This document shows, one piece after another, positions 9,858 through 20,603 of a stretch of DNA of 64,000 bases (the stretch's first letter is position 1; the number at the start of each line of letters is the position of its first letter). This stretch comes from a virus (Duplodnaviria > Caudoviricetes). The DNA lies in the IMG/VR virus record IMGVR_UViG_3300035498_000327, positions 8,708 through 72,707 of that record. One strand, given 5' to 3'. The position numbers and the translations under genes are program-made. The notes under the pieces are model-generated. The model made no database searches and was not told the DNA's origin. It saw only the letters and a list, made by a program, of their open reading frames with translations.

Positions 9858-10565
9858 ATGGCATTGGAAGAACGTTATACTTACACCGTACATCCTCGTA
9901 GGCCTATCCGGAATATCATCCAGGGTACAGCAATCCTAAGACCAATGACATTGTCGTTGACTAAGGAAGAAGTACTTAAGTGTATCAAGTACGGCGCAGT
10001 ATATCGCAAGTTTTATATGGACTCCAATCTTGAAAAAGTTACGCCGTCTAATCTTGATAGATTGCACCGGCAGAAGCACATCACGGAAGCAGAGTACAAG
10101 GCAATGTTTGTGGAGAAATGGAAATCCCACAAGGATATTGTAGAGATATTGAAGGATGAGCTAAAATCCGAAGAAGGTCAGGTAGAAGATGCTACACCAA
10201 TTCTCGACGACCAGAAAGAGGAATCAGCCGATACGACAGAAGAAAAAAAAGTAGAAGAGGAACAGTTATCTACAGATAACAACGCCCCGGCTGATTCTGT
10301 AGAGAATGATGAAACTGAAGGTGTCGAAGATGAAGAAAGCAAGAATGCTGAAATTGAATCTACTGAGAAAGATTCTATTGATGAAAAAGAAGCGGATTCA
10401 AATGTATCGACAGATATTTCAGCAGACAGCTTAGATGAGTCTAAGCCGAAGCCTAGTGGTAATCCTGCTTCTAAATCTGGAAAAAAGAAAAACCGCAAGA
10501 AGAACAGCGGTAATTCTAATCATTCAGTAACATCGTCTGTTCCTGAGACTGCCCCAGAAGATTAA
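9858..10565 (+). CDS. hypothetical protein with low-complexity acidic C-terminal half
   Basis: AAGGAGG RBS, 235 aa. Confidence 0.75.
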   Translation: MALEERYTYTVHPRRPIRNIIQGTAILRPMTLSLTKEEVLKCIKYGAVYRKFYMDSNLEKVTPSNLDRLHRQKHITEAEYKAMFVEKWKSHKDIVEILKDELKSEEGQVEDATPILDDQKEESADTTEEKKVEEEQLSTDNNAPADSVENDETEGVEDEESKNAEIESTEKDSIDEKEADSNVSTDISADSLDESKPKPSGNPASKSGKKKNRKKNSGNSNHSVTSSVPETAPED

Positions 10566-10572
10566 AATGAAT

Positions 10573-10601
10573 TTGGAGTACGGTAATGATCCGTACTCCA
10601 A
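10573..10601. terminator. bidirectional terminator-like hairpin
   Basis: TTGGAGTACGG / CCGTACTCCAA between convergent genes. Confidence 0.6.
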
Positions 10602-10635
10602 TTGGTTCTGCCACGTCGATGCAAGCTTTTGATGA

Positions 10636-10764
10636 TCATGGCCTCTTGCCTTCCACCCCATACGTAGAATGCTCATCCATCCAGTCGTCGTCATCATCCT
10701 TAGCACTTCGTGTTGTAAAGACAAACCTCCAAAAGTCTTTACACTTCATCATTAGAACCTTCAT
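10636..10764 (-). CDS. 42-aa small protein (MKVLMMKCKDFWRFVFTTRSAKDDDDDWMDEHSTYGVEGKRP)
   Basis: read manually; AGGAGG RBS; below ORF-track cutoff. Confidence 0.55.
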   Translation of the reverse strand: MKVLMMKCKDFWRFVFTTRSAKDDDDDWMDEHSTYGVEGKRP

Positions 10765-10869
10765 TTTAAAAATACCTCCTGTAACTATAGTTCCCGTACC
10801 TTACTCTAAGACTAATGGACTCTATTCGGTCAGGTACATGCATATAGTATATGACAGAGGTATAGTAGA

Positions 10870-11478
10870 TTACCGACTACATACAGAGTACAGAATCTCT
10901 TCTGTAAGTTTACGGGTATTGTAATGAAGGTCTCCTTTTTCTTCATCTGCGTCTTTCTCATACCAATCTAAGATATTACTCTTAAAGTGATACGACATAG
11001 CCTGCCAATCACAAATCATGTGAATGATAGCTCCTAGAGTCATCTCTTTAGGTTCATTGTTGTTGTCATAATGTCCGTCTATTACTTTCCAGTACTTCGG
11101 ATGGTGGTCATTATGCATGAAGTGGTGTTCCCAAGCTTTATTATAGAGCTCTTCTACATGATCTTTGTATACCGGATCAGCATTCATATTATCCTCTTCT
11201 GCTTTTGTAGGATAGTATTTCATTCTGTACGCTATGAACTCATCGTCTGTCATCTTACTGTCGTCATGATGTAACACATCGTCCTTGATACTCATTACTG
11301 CTTTTTGCATCTCTACGTTAGAGATACTATCAGTTTCTTGGTAGCCAAGGTTAGATAGAAAGAGTTCCTTGTAAGCTCTCCTTACATTAGCTAAGTGATC
11401 ATTGATATACTCCATGTACTCCTTCTCTTTGCTTATTAACTCTTCTGCTTCTCCACATTCTTCTCTAAGTATTACCAC
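10870..11478 (-). CDS. HD-like / DUF5662-type protein
   Basis: HHDDSK...HHFMHNDHHPKYW...MICDW motif pattern. Confidence 0.65.
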   Translation of the reverse strand: MVILREECGEAEELISKEKEYMEYINDHLANVRRAYKELFLSNLGYQETDSISNVEMQKAVMSIKDDVLHHDDSKMTDDEFIAYRMKYYPTKAEEDNMNADPVYKDHVEELYNKAWEHHFMHNDHHPKYWKVIDGHYDNNNEPKEMTLGAIIHMICDWQAMSYHFKSNILDWYEKDADEEKGDLHYNTRKLTEEILYSVCSR

Positions 11479-11543
11479 GATTCTTCCCTCCTTTCAAAAT
11501 AAAAGAGGTGTACAAAGGTAGTACACCTCATTCATTACTCTTA

Positions 11544-12722
11544 TCACTTTAATTCATCCAGTGCGTCGTAGTTGAAGAACAAACCATATTGTCGTTTGTC
11601 AACTATCTTCTTTCTAGAGAGCTGCTCTCTAAGATCACGATAACGTAAAGCTACTTCTCTCCACTTCTTAATCTCTGCTTCAGACAAACCTTCCGTATTG
11701 TAGATGTAATCTTCAAGAAGATTGATTCTACTGTTGATCTGTCTGAGGGCATAGTATGCATCCTCTTCAGTCTCAGCGTTCTTAACCCTGATAGTATACT
11801 CATAGAGGTCGTCTTCGATAGCTCTAAGCCCATTCTTCTTAATGTTTCCGAACAGACTTCCTCCGGACTTTGCTTCTCTCATGATACGAGCTGACTCAAT
11901 CATTACGTCTGTATTGATTCTCTGTAAGCTCTTGATAGTCCTATCAGTCTCCGCTTTCAACAGCTTAGAACCGGTGAATCCCATGGCTTCCTTAAGGGTC
12001 TCGATTGCAGAGGGTCCATTGTGTTTTACGTCTCTATAAAGGTTAAAAGCCCACTTTATGAGCACCAGATTAGGATCTTTCACAGTGCTTCCAATTCCAA
12101 AAACGCTTGATCTAGCCTTTATCAGTGCACTCATTAAGGAATCGCGTAAATTTGCAGAATTGATGAATTCATTGGAAAGAATATCGTCTACATCCTCCTT
12201 ATAAGTAGAAGATGTAATCTTAATGAGAGCATCTTTAATAGCAAAGATAAGAATCTGTGAATAGTTCACTGAGTCCTTAATACTGATAGCTTCGTCCTCG
12301 TTTGCGATATAGAGATCAATGATGGATCTTACTTCATTGATAGGCCCTGGCCCTAAGACCAATGAACTTACTTCATGCAGAAGATAAGCAGAGATCTCTG
12401 ATGCTTCTAAGCCTGCACTAAACAACTTAGAATCAATCTCAAGCATATATCTGTTGATTTCCATTTCTTTATCTGAGAAGAGGATATCAACAAGATCGTT
12501 AGGAGTTAGTGTAGGATTGATCATGATACCGAAGAACATCTTGTCTGTGTTCTCTGTATACATTACATCAACACAAGTCTTAGTAGGGAATATCTTATTG
12601 AGAGTATCTCTAATGACTTTGGTGTCTACTGTAGCAGAATCTCCACTTGCGATATTTGTAAAGGCTGCGTCAAGTCTATTCTTGTCCGTTTCACTCATCG
12701 CAGCCAATATAGCCTTATCCAT
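11544..12722 (-). CDS. probable virion (head) protein
   Basis: downstream of capsid gene; start MDKAIL after AAAGGAG. Confidence 0.6.
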   Translation of the reverse strand: MDKAILAAMSETDKNRLDAAFTNIASGDSATVDTKVIRDTLNKIFPTKTCVDVMYTENTDKMFFGIMINPTLTPNDLVDILFSDKEMEINRYMLEIDSKLFSAGLEASEISAYLLHEVSSLVLGPGPINEVRSIIDLYIANEDEAISIKDSVNYSQILIFAIKDALIKITSSTYKEDVDDILSNEFINSANLRDSLMSALIKARSSVFGIGSTVKDPNLVLIKWAFNLYRDVKHNGPSAIETLKEAMGFTGSKLLKAETDRTIKSLQRINTDVMIESARIMREAKSGGSLFGNIKKNGLRAIEDDLYEYTIRVKNAETEEDAYYALRQINSRINLLEDYIYNTEGLSEAEIKKWREVALRYRDLREQLSRKKIVDKRQYGLFFNYDALDELK

Positions 12723-12829
12723 GTATGTTTCTCCTTTCTTGTTTATTTTTAATTCAAAGTTTAGCCAATACAAAATAATACGGGGTAGGCCTTTCTGGAC
12801 CTACCCCGATCTGTAGCTTAATCTTATTC

Positions 12830-14581
12830 TTATGCTTCAACTAATCCGGTCGGATTCAGAATCTGAATACGTCCCTGAACTGGCTGATACTCAACGAACT
12901 TCCAATCCTCATAAGCGTGGATTGCTGGCAGAGCCGGGTTCGCGATGTTACGGATTTCATTGGAAATGTACAGCTGATAGTCATAGATTCTGTAGATGAT
13001 TCTCTCGCTGTTACGCGGGTTCAACAGAATCATCAGCTCGCAGGTACCTCTCATCTTATCGGAACCGATGAAGTTGTAAACTCTCTTGTCGGATGTGTTA
13101 ACAATGGTCTGAGTGTAGTCCAAGGTAACAGGACCGATGTTTGCCGGAGCCTGATAGCTGTATTCCTTCGGGGTAATCTTACGCACGATTTCCGGATCAC
13201 CAAAGATTGTAACGGTCATGTTAGGATCATTCAATACCTGAAGCATTCTGGTTACATAACCATCCAGGTAATCCATGAATGTCTTATGACGCCATTCAAC
13301 ATGATCCAGAGCGTATCCGTCACGCGGTGCGAAATCGAACTTGCCCCAGAATGATGTTCTCTCATCCATTCTCTTGTAGCTGGTATCCAGCTCCATCTTG
13401 ATATGGTCGTCCTTGTAGTTGGACATAGCGTTCTTGAACATGCCCATCAGCTTGGTCAGCTGATTTACGTTGTACATAGCAGCCAGGTCTTTTACTTCCC
13501 TCGGGCTGATAGTGGTATTGATCGGAATGTTTGTAGGAATCTCAACCAGGTCGGTATCAACTTTCCACTTAACCTGGCAGGTTTCCAGCATGGCATTACT
13601 GGTATCCAGCTTAGCGGAAAGCTTAACAGCTGTAATCTTTCCGTAGGTAGCCATGATGTTGAACTTGTTCTTGTTCATAGAACCGGAAATGGCTTCTTTA
13701 ATCTCTACTTGTTTTGTTTCTCCATCTACTTTCTGCTTACAGCTAATCGTCAGAGGCTGCACAACAGTTCTTTCGAAGTGGTTTGGTCCACCGTAGTTCG
13801 GAGTGAATCTGATGTTGGTCCTGAACCAAACGTCATCAGTCTCTTCAGCTTCAGCGATCTCGCCGCCTTTTTCGATGTATCCTTCATCATTAGGTTTAAT
13901 GTCGCCTTCTTCGATAACAACACCTTCTACCTTTACAGCAGAGATATATGTATCAATACCCAGGCTGTCCAGGGAAGTACCGCCAAGTTCTGCCAGGATG
14001 TCGTTGTCATCCTCTGTCTGCGGCAGCGTCAGCTCGAACTCTTTCATCGGGTTCGTAGCATCGATAGCTGCGGTCATCTTGTTCTGATCCAAGAACATAT
14101 CCAGCTCTTCTCCCTCCGGAGTAACCAAGATACGTCTCTCAAGAGAAATGGTAAACTTGGGCTGCACGGCCGTAACCTTCTGAATACCACCTTTGTCAAA
14201 TACGTTGTTCATTAAGATGAGTTTATGGATAGGCAAAGCCATACCAACTACCGGGTTGTACTCAGCCAGGGTAGCGTGCTCAAACATAGCATGGCAGTCG
14301 TTCTCGAACTGCTCCTCCATCATCTCTTCTTCGTCATCAATATCTTCTGGCTCCAACTCACCGTTGGATGTATCAACAGAATCCTCAACAAAGAAACGCT
14401 TCATGGTTTCTTTAGTTGACGGACGACGCATAACCTTGGTTGGCTCTTCGAAGATGTCACATCCGTCTTCATTCAGGATGTAACTTGCGGTCTCCAAAAA
14501 AGTCTTTGCAAATGGATATAAGGGATCTTTTCTGTAAGAAGATCCAGCGACAGTTTGCTGTCTTGTTCCACCAATAGGCAT
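12830..14581 (-). CDS. major capsid protein (probable)
   Basis: 583 aa, strongly biased GC-richer codon usage typical of very high expression, late promoter, near prohead protease. Confidence 0.65.
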   Translation of the reverse strand: MPIGGTRQQTVAGSSYRKDPLYPFAKTFLETASYILNEDGCDIFEEPTKVMRRPSTKETMKRFFVEDSVDTSNGELEPEDIDDEEEMMEEQFENDCHAMFEHATLAEYNPVVGMALPIHKLILMNNVFDKGGIQKVTAVQPKFTISLERRILVTPEGEELDMFLDQNKMTAAIDATNPMKEFELTLPQTEDDNDILAELGGTSLDSLGIDTYISAVKVEGVVIEEGDIKPNDEGYIEKGGEIAEAEETDDVWFRTNIRFTPNYGGPNHFERTVVQPLTISCKQKVDGETKQVEIKEAISGSMNKNKFNIMATYGKITAVKLSAKLDTSNAMLETCQVKWKVDTDLVEIPTNIPINTTISPREVKDLAAMYNVNQLTKLMGMFKNAMSNYKDDHIKMELDTSYKRMDERTSFWGKFDFAPRDGYALDHVEWRHKTFMDYLDGYVTRMLQVLNDPNMTVTIFGDPEIVRKITPKEYSYQAPANIGPVTLDYTQTIVNTSDKRVYNFIGSDKMRGTCELMILLNPRNSERIIYRIYDYQLYISNEIRNIANPALPAIHAYEDWKFVEYQPVQGRIQILNPTGLVEA

Positions 14582-14662
14582 AACCTCTATCTCCTTTCAT
14601 AAGATAAATTTTTGTTATTAACCATAAATCCCACCATGAAGCGGAAGTCTAGGGCTAATCTT

Positions 14663-14674
14663 TACAATAATGTT
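14663..14674 (-). promoter_or_regulatory. late promoter AACA-N6-TA
   Basis: reverse strand AACA TTATTG TA(A) upstream of capsid gene. Confidence 0.7.
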
Positions 14675-14696
14675 ATAATTTGTAGTTTTTAACAGG

Positions 14697-15428
14697 CTAC
14701 TTAACTGCATCTTTTTGCTTTACTTTGTCGAGTTCTTGTACTGTAAGCTTGATACCATTGAGGATAGACAAGTACCTATTGAAGTTGACGTCATTCTCTA
14801 TATAGGAATTGCTATCGTAGACATTAAGAAGATAGTAGCTGATATACTCCTTAAGATCATACATAACCGTCAGTATTCTCTTGATGATAGGCTTGAAGTC
14901 CTCGTTCTCATCTTCGATAAGTTGGTTGAACTTTTCTATCAGTCCATTACACTTACCATACAACTCGACATACATTCTCTTGAGAGTCTGAATCTTTCTC
15001 TTCTTCTCACTCTCAGACAAAGAGTCAAACAGTTCTCTATCAAGAGCTTTCTCCTCAGAGTCTGTGTCAGAACTCTCTTCACCGGAATTATCGTCCTGAT
15101 TGTCGTCGGTGTTATCATCTCTATTTCCGTCATCATTGTTCTCTTCTTCCTGGTCAGGTTCAGAGTCTATATCGTAGTCGTCGTTCTCTGACTGGTTGTC
15201 ATCGTTGTTGTCGTCCTGGTTATCGTCTTCTTGGTTTTCATCTGTATTGTCTTCCTGATTAGAGTCATCAGTAGCTTCAGTATCGCCATTGTCTGTATCA
15301 TTATTATCACCAGCGTCAGCATTATCATCTCCACCTCCTCCATCATCATTAGAAACAGTGGGAGCACCTGCTGGAGTTTCGTCGTCTTCTCCTTCTTCGA
15401 ATAAGAATCTACGTTTAATGAATGGCAT
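14697..15428 (-). CDS. acidic D/N-rich head/scaffold-like protein
   Basis: low-complexity acidic N-half, helical C-half. Confidence 0.6.
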   Translation of the reverse strand: MPFIKRRFLFEEGEDDETPAGAPTVSNDDGGGGDDNADAGDNNDTDNGDTEATDDSNQEDNTDENQEDDNQDDNNDDNQSENDDYDIDSEPDQEEENNDDGNRDDNTDDNQDDNSGEESSDTDSEEKALDRELFDSLSESEKKRKIQTLKRMYVELYGKCNGLIEKFNQLIEDENEDFKPIIKRILTVMYDLKEYISYYLLNVYDSNSYIENDVNFNRYLSILNGIKLTVQELDKVKQKDAVK

Positions 15429-15453
15429 ATGATCTACCTCCTTTCCTATGTGC

Positions 15454-18279
15454 TTATTCTTCCCTCAGACCAGTAGCAGAACCAGGAAGTATGTCCTTAC
15501 CAATTCTGATATTGTATCTGATTCTCTGATACTGCCTCTGTAAGTCTTTCTTATATGCAAGAAGCTTACGATACTTCTTCATATTATCATTACGCTCTGC
15601 AATAGCAATCTCTTTCTCAACTACTTCCAATTCTGTAGAGAGCTCATCAAGCATAAGTAATCTCTCTTTCTTGGTAAGTCTCTTAGAGGCAGCAAAGCCT
15701 CCTACTGCTGTAATAACTCCGGCCGCAGGATTGATAGCTGAGATACCGGCAAGAGCAATAGCTGTCTTAATACATCTAGAGAATGATGGGATAATAGAAC
15801 CCTTAATGATAGCTTCTCTTCTATCGCTAACTAATGCATTCTTTATACCCTTAGTCAGACGGTCGAAGTCCATATCGAGATTCTTAGATATCTCTTTCTC
15901 TTTAGTACTAGCATCCTTCAGCTTAGCCTTGATACCTTTAGCAAACAGTTTCAGATTAGTAATGTTTACCCCGGCGAATGGGTTATGAGGATCATTCTTA
16001 CCAGACTCATCTGGTCTATCTAGTTTGATCTTTTCCTTAACCTTATCTACGATATTCTTACCATCCTTACCGTCATCTTTAGTATCCTTCTCATCCTTGA
16101 TGTCTTTTTTGTTCTTGTCGTCATTATTCTTATCTTTGTTGATAGGAACCTTTTCACGGATCTTATCTCCGATGGTCTTCTTGTCCTCTTCCTTCTTCAT
16201 CTCTTCTTTCTTCTTATTGATAGCCTTCTTCTCATCATCAGACTCAAGAAGTGAAGAAATGATATTACAAGCTTCCATCTGGAGATTTAAAGGAGCTTCT
16301 TCATGACCCCAGTTCTTCATAGCCCACTTAATCTCTCCGGATTCTGTGTATGTATCCTTAGTATGACTCTCACTATAAGAAGAGTATAGTTTATCTATAT
16401 CTTCTCTAGTAATAGTGTCTACATACTTAGAAGCCTCTATAATAGAAGAGAACCTAGCAGAGTCGATATCATTGATACGGGACTGTATAGACTCTACAAT
16501 ACCACTATAGAGATCTATGTCTACAGAGTCTAAGATAGCTGCTTCATGCTCTATCTCAAGAACACGTCTCTTATCTTCTTCTGATAACTCTCCTTTAGCC
16601 TCTTTCTCTTCATCATCAGAGAGAAGTATAGTAGAGTATCCTTCGAGTCTAATCTCTACAGTGTCTGGATTCACAACGTAGTATACCTTACCTTCAGACT
16701 GTGAACCAAGAACGTTCTTGTTGATCTGCTCACAAACCTCAGTAAGTACATCTTGTACCTCCCAGAAGTTAGACTCATCAACGATTCTGTAGCTGCATAC
16801 GCATATATCGGAAGTATCGTTCTCTGTGATAGTCTCATATAGAGAAGTCTCTTTAAGACCTTTTTTCTTTTTGATAGGAGTAAGCTTGCCTGCAATCTTA
16901 TCCATCAACTTCTTGCCTTTACCCTTAATGAACTTGTCTGCATCCATAGCAGCCTTGATAAGATTCTGGAACTTGAATATCTTAAATTCATTAAGGTAAT
17001 AAGCATGAGAGATAGGAGAATCAATAGACTCATTGATACTTCTAATCATATCAACGTTCTCGTTTGTGTATACGAAACTTCTGAGCTCATTAAGCTTATC
17101 TATTGCTTCCTTATAGGCATCCTTAAGAGCTACATACTTAGAGGCAATAGGTTGTTCAAGCTCACCAGACAACTCTACATCTAAAGCCTCTAAAGCTCTA
17201 GTATAGTGAGCAACGATATCATCAAGCTCATCTCTACTATACGTCCATGGAACACTATCCATCTGAGAGTAGATATTCTCCGGAATAGTTCTAAGCAGTC
17301 TAGTAATGTCTGATATGTCGTAGTCATCTGTGAGCATAAAGTCCTTAACGAACTTCAGTACTGCGCCGAAGTTCTTACAGAAATCGCTTCTATCATGACA
17401 GTACCCAATAGGCATAGTTCTAATTACAGATCCAAATCCGGTGTCTACATCCTTATCATCTGACTTGATGTAGTCATTAAGACATCTCAAGATGCATGAG
17501 CCATTATTGTCTTCATATTCTTCTTCAGTAAAGTATCTAAGAGAACTAGTATCATTATCTGTAATCATAGAGTTCTCTGAGAGGACAAGCTTCATACCAT
17601 CCCGGTCTTTGTCTGTAATGTCTCTCTTAGTCAGATAATACTCTGTGACATACTTCACTAATTTTCCGGAATCATATAGAGCCTTATGCTTCTGTAAGTC
17701 GTAAGAAGCTTCCTCCAAAGTAAGACTAAGTCTCTGAGATAGAGTCTGATCACTACAGCTCTCATCTATCACTCTACAGATTCTTTGAGCAAATCTCTCT
17801 ACTCCTTTTCCGATAGTGGACTCTACTATATCATCTATATCATACTGCTCCTGGAGCTTCTCATGGTTAGAGGAGATTCTATCACACATGATATATTGCT
17901 TAGAAGCACACTCAATAAGCATTCTCTGGTGATACGTAAGATCGTATCTAGGAAGAACATATTCCACCACGTAATCTGGATTGCTGATATAGGGCAGTAT
18001 ACTACCTACAAACTTATTCGCCAGCTTATTAGCGTACTGATAATCGTTGGAATATCCTTGGATCATCTGCAAGCATCCCTCATAGTAAGCATTAGCATTG
18101 TTAGGGCATTCGCAAGAATGGAAGAACTGGTTTACATCGCTCTTGGCTTCCTGGAACCTCTCTTTCCGTATTGAGGCAGTAGCTCTCTCTAAGTACACTT
18201 TACAGTCAGGCTTGTTGTAGTCAGAGGAAATTGATTTGGCTCTTTTCTCAACCAAACCATAGTTCACATAGTGTCTCAT
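15454..18279 (-). CDS. large probable internal virion protein
   Basis: 941 aa, late promoter, C-terminal coiled coil. Confidence 0.6.
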   Translation of the reverse strand: MRHYVNYGLVEKRAKSISSDYNKPDCKVYLERATASIRKERFQEAKSDVNQFFHSCECPNNANAYYEGCLQMIQGYSNDYQYANKLANKFVGSILPYISNPDYVVEYVLPRYDLTYHQRMLIECASKQYIMCDRISSNHEKLQEQYDIDDIVESTIGKGVERFAQRICRVIDESCSDQTLSQRLSLTLEEASYDLQKHKALYDSGKLVKYVTEYYLTKRDITDKDRDGMKLVLSENSMITDNDTSSLRYFTEEEYEDNNGSCILRCLNDYIKSDDKDVDTGFGSVIRTMPIGYCHDRSDFCKNFGAVLKFVKDFMLTDDYDISDITRLLRTIPENIYSQMDSVPWTYSRDELDDIVAHYTRALEALDVELSGELEQPIASKYVALKDAYKEAIDKLNELRSFVYTNENVDMIRSINESIDSPISHAYYLNEFKIFKFQNLIKAAMDADKFIKGKGKKLMDKIAGKLTPIKKKKGLKETSLYETITENDTSDICVCSYRIVDESNFWEVQDVLTEVCEQINKNVLGSQSEGKVYYVVNPDTVEIRLEGYSTILLSDDEEKEAKGELSEEDKRRVLEIEHEAAILDSVDIDLYSGIVESIQSRINDIDSARFSSIIEASKYVDTITREDIDKLYSSYSESHTKDTYTESGEIKWAMKNWGHEEAPLNLQMEACNIISSLLESDDEKKAINKKKEEMKKEEDKKTIGDKIREKVPINKDKNNDDKNKKDIKDEKDTKDDGKDGKNIVDKVKEKIKLDRPDESGKNDPHNPFAGVNITNLKLFAKGIKAKLKDASTKEKEISKNLDMDFDRLTKGIKNALVSDRREAIIKGSIIPSFSRCIKTAIALAGISAINPAAGVITAVGGFAASKRLTKKERLLMLDELSTELEVVEKEIAIAERNDNMKKYRKLLAYKKDLQRQYQRIRYNIRIGKDILPGSATGLREE

Positions 18280-18307
18280 ATACTATTCTCCTTTCCCTTT
18301 TCTAGAT

Positions 18308-18319
18308 TATAGTATTGTT
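18308..18319 (-). promoter_or_regulatory. late promoter AACA-N6-TA
   Basis: reverse strand AACA ATACTA TA(A). Confidence 0.65.
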
Positions 18320-18345
18320 AAACACCACCTAAAATGGTAGGCCTT

Positions 18346-18357
18346 AACATCATCATA
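18346..18357 (+). promoter_or_regulatory. late promoter AACA-N6-TA
   Basis: AACA TCATCA TA(A), divergent from 18308 site. Confidence 0.65.
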
Positions 18358-18401
18358 AATACGAAGTTTCGCATTCTTAGAGACGGAAAGGAGATAATAT
18401 T

Positions 18402-19223
18402 ATGATTCCAAAGAATATTGGGTATATTATCTGCGAATCTGATATCACCTCGGCTGAGGTGACTAATGTCGTTGGCAATACGAGTGGAAAGATCATTGCT
18501 GAAGGCATTATTCAGACAGCGGATGAAAGAAATAGAAATGGAAGATTCTATCCTAAGGAAGAACTGTTTCCTCAGCTTGTAGCACCAAGAACCCTTGAGC
18601 TCTTGAATGCTGGATACTTAAGAGCTGAGATGGGCCATCCATTATCAAAAGAGCTTATTAGACAGCAGACTATTGATGATACAAGAACTTGTGCTAGATT
18701 CCTTAAGTTATGGACAGAAGGGCTTAATGTATGGGCACGGTTCACCGGTACCAACAATGAGCATGGTAAGGCATTCATGGCTGACTTAGCAGAAGGATGT
18801 AAGCCTGCATGGTCCTTGAGAGCTTTAGGTTCTATCGAAAACACTAGAAGAGGTGCTGAGGTAAGAAACCTTAAGGTTATCACATGGGACCAGGTTATCT
18901 ATCCATCTCACCCTGGAGCTTATACACAGCGTATAGTGTCTGAGTCTGCCGGAGTTAGAGACTTTGATACAAAGGGAGAATCACTTATTATTCCTTTGAC
19001 TAATAAGCAGGTTCTCAACTACATTAGATCGGAGTCAGCAAACCTTAAGTTCATGACAGAATGCTTCGACTTCATGTATGACAGTATCAATATCAATGAG
19101 AGTAACTCTACTGTTACACTTACCGGAAAAGATGGAGATATCATGGTAGTGAATCTTGAGACTCATATCCACAATGAGATCATGAATTACTGTTCTGAGG
19201 TAGCTTCATACTTTGAGAAATAG
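18402..19223 (+). CDS. prohead core protease (T4 gp21-like)
   Basis: NRNGRFY, EMGHP, WSLRALG and TWDQVIYPS motifs. Confidence 0.85.
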   Translation: MIPKNIGYIICESDITSAEVTNVVGNTSGKIIAEGIIQTADERNRNGRFYPKEELFPQLVAPRTLELLNAGYLRAEMGHPLSKELIRQQTIDDTRTCARFLKLWTEGLNVWARFTGTNNEHGKAFMADLAEGCKPAWSLRALGSIENTRRGAEVRNLKVITWDQVIYPSHPGAYTQRIVSESAGVRDFDTKGESLIIPLTNKQVLNYIRSESANLKFMTECFDFMYDSININESNSTVTLTGKDGDIMVVNLETHIHNEIMNYCSEVASYFEK

Positions 19224-19235
19224 AATAGCGTAGAG

Positions 19236-20033
19236 GTGATAAGCATGGCAATAAGCAATAAGATGACCGACCTTCTCAACAAGATAGAGAGAAGATTAGG
19301 GCTTATACCGTTAACGCCTCACTTACCAGAGAATCTTAACAAAGCAGCCTGGGCTAAAGTCATCGAGGAAGATACTTTAGTTACTTTCTCTAGGTACTTC
19401 TATCATAAGATTAGATTCTTAGTTAATGACGAGACAACTTACAATAAAATCGAGAACGGTGTTAAGGTATACTATATCAAGGATGAGTACTTACAGGGAA
19501 TGAAATTACTCGGTGTGGAGGATATAGACTGGCAGGATTTCAGTGGGGATAATATAGCCTTAGCCCAGACTGGAGGCTATGGTTACTATACTCCTAACTA
19601 TATCGGCTGTCCTGTATGTACTTATGAGACTATGATGGGTTATCAGATGATGGCTGATATGCAGAGTCTGTATAACCAAGGTATATACGTAGACTTTGAG
19701 TATCCAAACAAGTTGATACTTTCTGGAATAGGAGGTACTGTCATAAACATAAAGAAGTTTGTGGTAAACCTTCTGGTCCAGCATCCTAATCTTAATACTA
19801 TCTCACCTACTAAGATGGAAACCTTTGAAGCCCTGGCACAAGCAGACGTAGCAAACTTCTTACAGAAGAACTTGAGATATGTAGACGGGTTAGAGACTGT
19901 CTATGTGAATATAGATCTGAAGCTTAGTGAGTTGGAGTCTGAAGCTGGTAAGAGAGACAATATTATCGATGATATCAAGAATTCCTATGTATCTGCATCT
20001 AATGATAATATCCCATACATTTTAACGGTATAA
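19236..20033 (+). CDS. probable virion structural protein
   Basis: 265 aa, follows the protease gene. Confidence 0.55.
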   Translation: MISMAISNKMTDLLNKIERRLGLIPLTPHLPENLNKAAWAKVIEEDTLVTFSRYFYHKIRFLVNDETTYNKIENGVKVYYIKDEYLQGMKLLGVEDIDWQDFSGDNIALAQTGGYGYYTPNYIGCPVCTYETMMGYQMMADMQSLYNQGIYVDFEYPNKLILSGIGGTVINIKKFVVNLLVQHPNLNTISPTKMETFEALAQADVANFLQKNLRYVDGLETVYVNIDLKLSELESEAGKRDNIIDDIKNSYVSASNDNIPYILTV

Positions 20034-20044
20034 AGGAGTAACTT

Positions 20045-20069
20045 GGGTAGGGTTATAGTAATCCTACCC
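20045..20069 (+). terminator. intrinsic terminator
   Basis: GGGTAGG / CCTACCC followed by TTTATTT. Confidence 0.6.
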
Positions 20070-20101
20070 TTTATTTGTATTACTATAAGGAGGTAATCGA
20101 G

Positions 20102-20593
20102 ATGATACATTATTGTTCTGGAGACGTATACAAATCGGAAGAGGTAGACATTATATTCAATCCGGTGGGAGTTAGAGATAACAGTAAAGGGTTTATCAAG
20201 AAAGTAAAGAAGTTGTATCCTGAAGCATATGAGCAGTATAATGAGAGAGTCTGGATGTATAGCGTCATGGAACTAATGGGAGATATACAGCTTGTCTATA
20301 TAGACAATGGAAGATTTGTATTCAACGCATTCTGCAAAGATAGGAATGGTAATATCGACAAGCTTGCTTTCACTAAGACCCTTGTAGAGATCTGTAACTT
20401 ATGTCACGAGTATCATGCCTCTCTTGGTATAGAGTATGCTTTAGGTGTACAAGAGAAACCAGAGAGAAAGTGGTTATCAACTATCATAAAGGAAACCTTT
20501 AGGGGAGTAGATGATGTGGAAGTCACAGTATATGACAGACCAGTGCATCATAAGTCTAAGAATACAAATGTAAAGCATAACAAGAATAGGTAA
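20102..20593 (+). CDS. macro-domain-like (ADP-ribose binding/processing) protein
   Basis: IHYCSGDV..DIIFNPVG..GDIQLV..VFNAF pattern resembles macro fold; degenerate. Confidence 0.45.
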   Translation: MIHYCSGDVYKSEEVDIIFNPVGVRDNSKGFIKKVKKLYPEAYEQYNERVWMYSVMELMGDIQLVYIDNGRFVFNAFCKDRNGNIDKLAFTKTLVEICNLCHEYHASLGIEYALGVQEKPERKWLSTIIKETFRGVDDVEVTVYDRPVHHKSKNTNVKHNKNR

Positions 20594-20603
20594 CATTATC
20601 GTA
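20592..20603 (+). promoter_or_regulatory. late promoter AACA-N6-TA with no downstream ORF
   Basis: AACA TTATCG TA(A). Confidence 0.55.

Noticed and set aside
12917-14483. Long + strand ORFs antisense to the capsid gene (e.g. 13403-14215)
   Set aside because: Shadow ORFs caused by strong codon bias of the minus-strand gene; no RBS or protein motifs.
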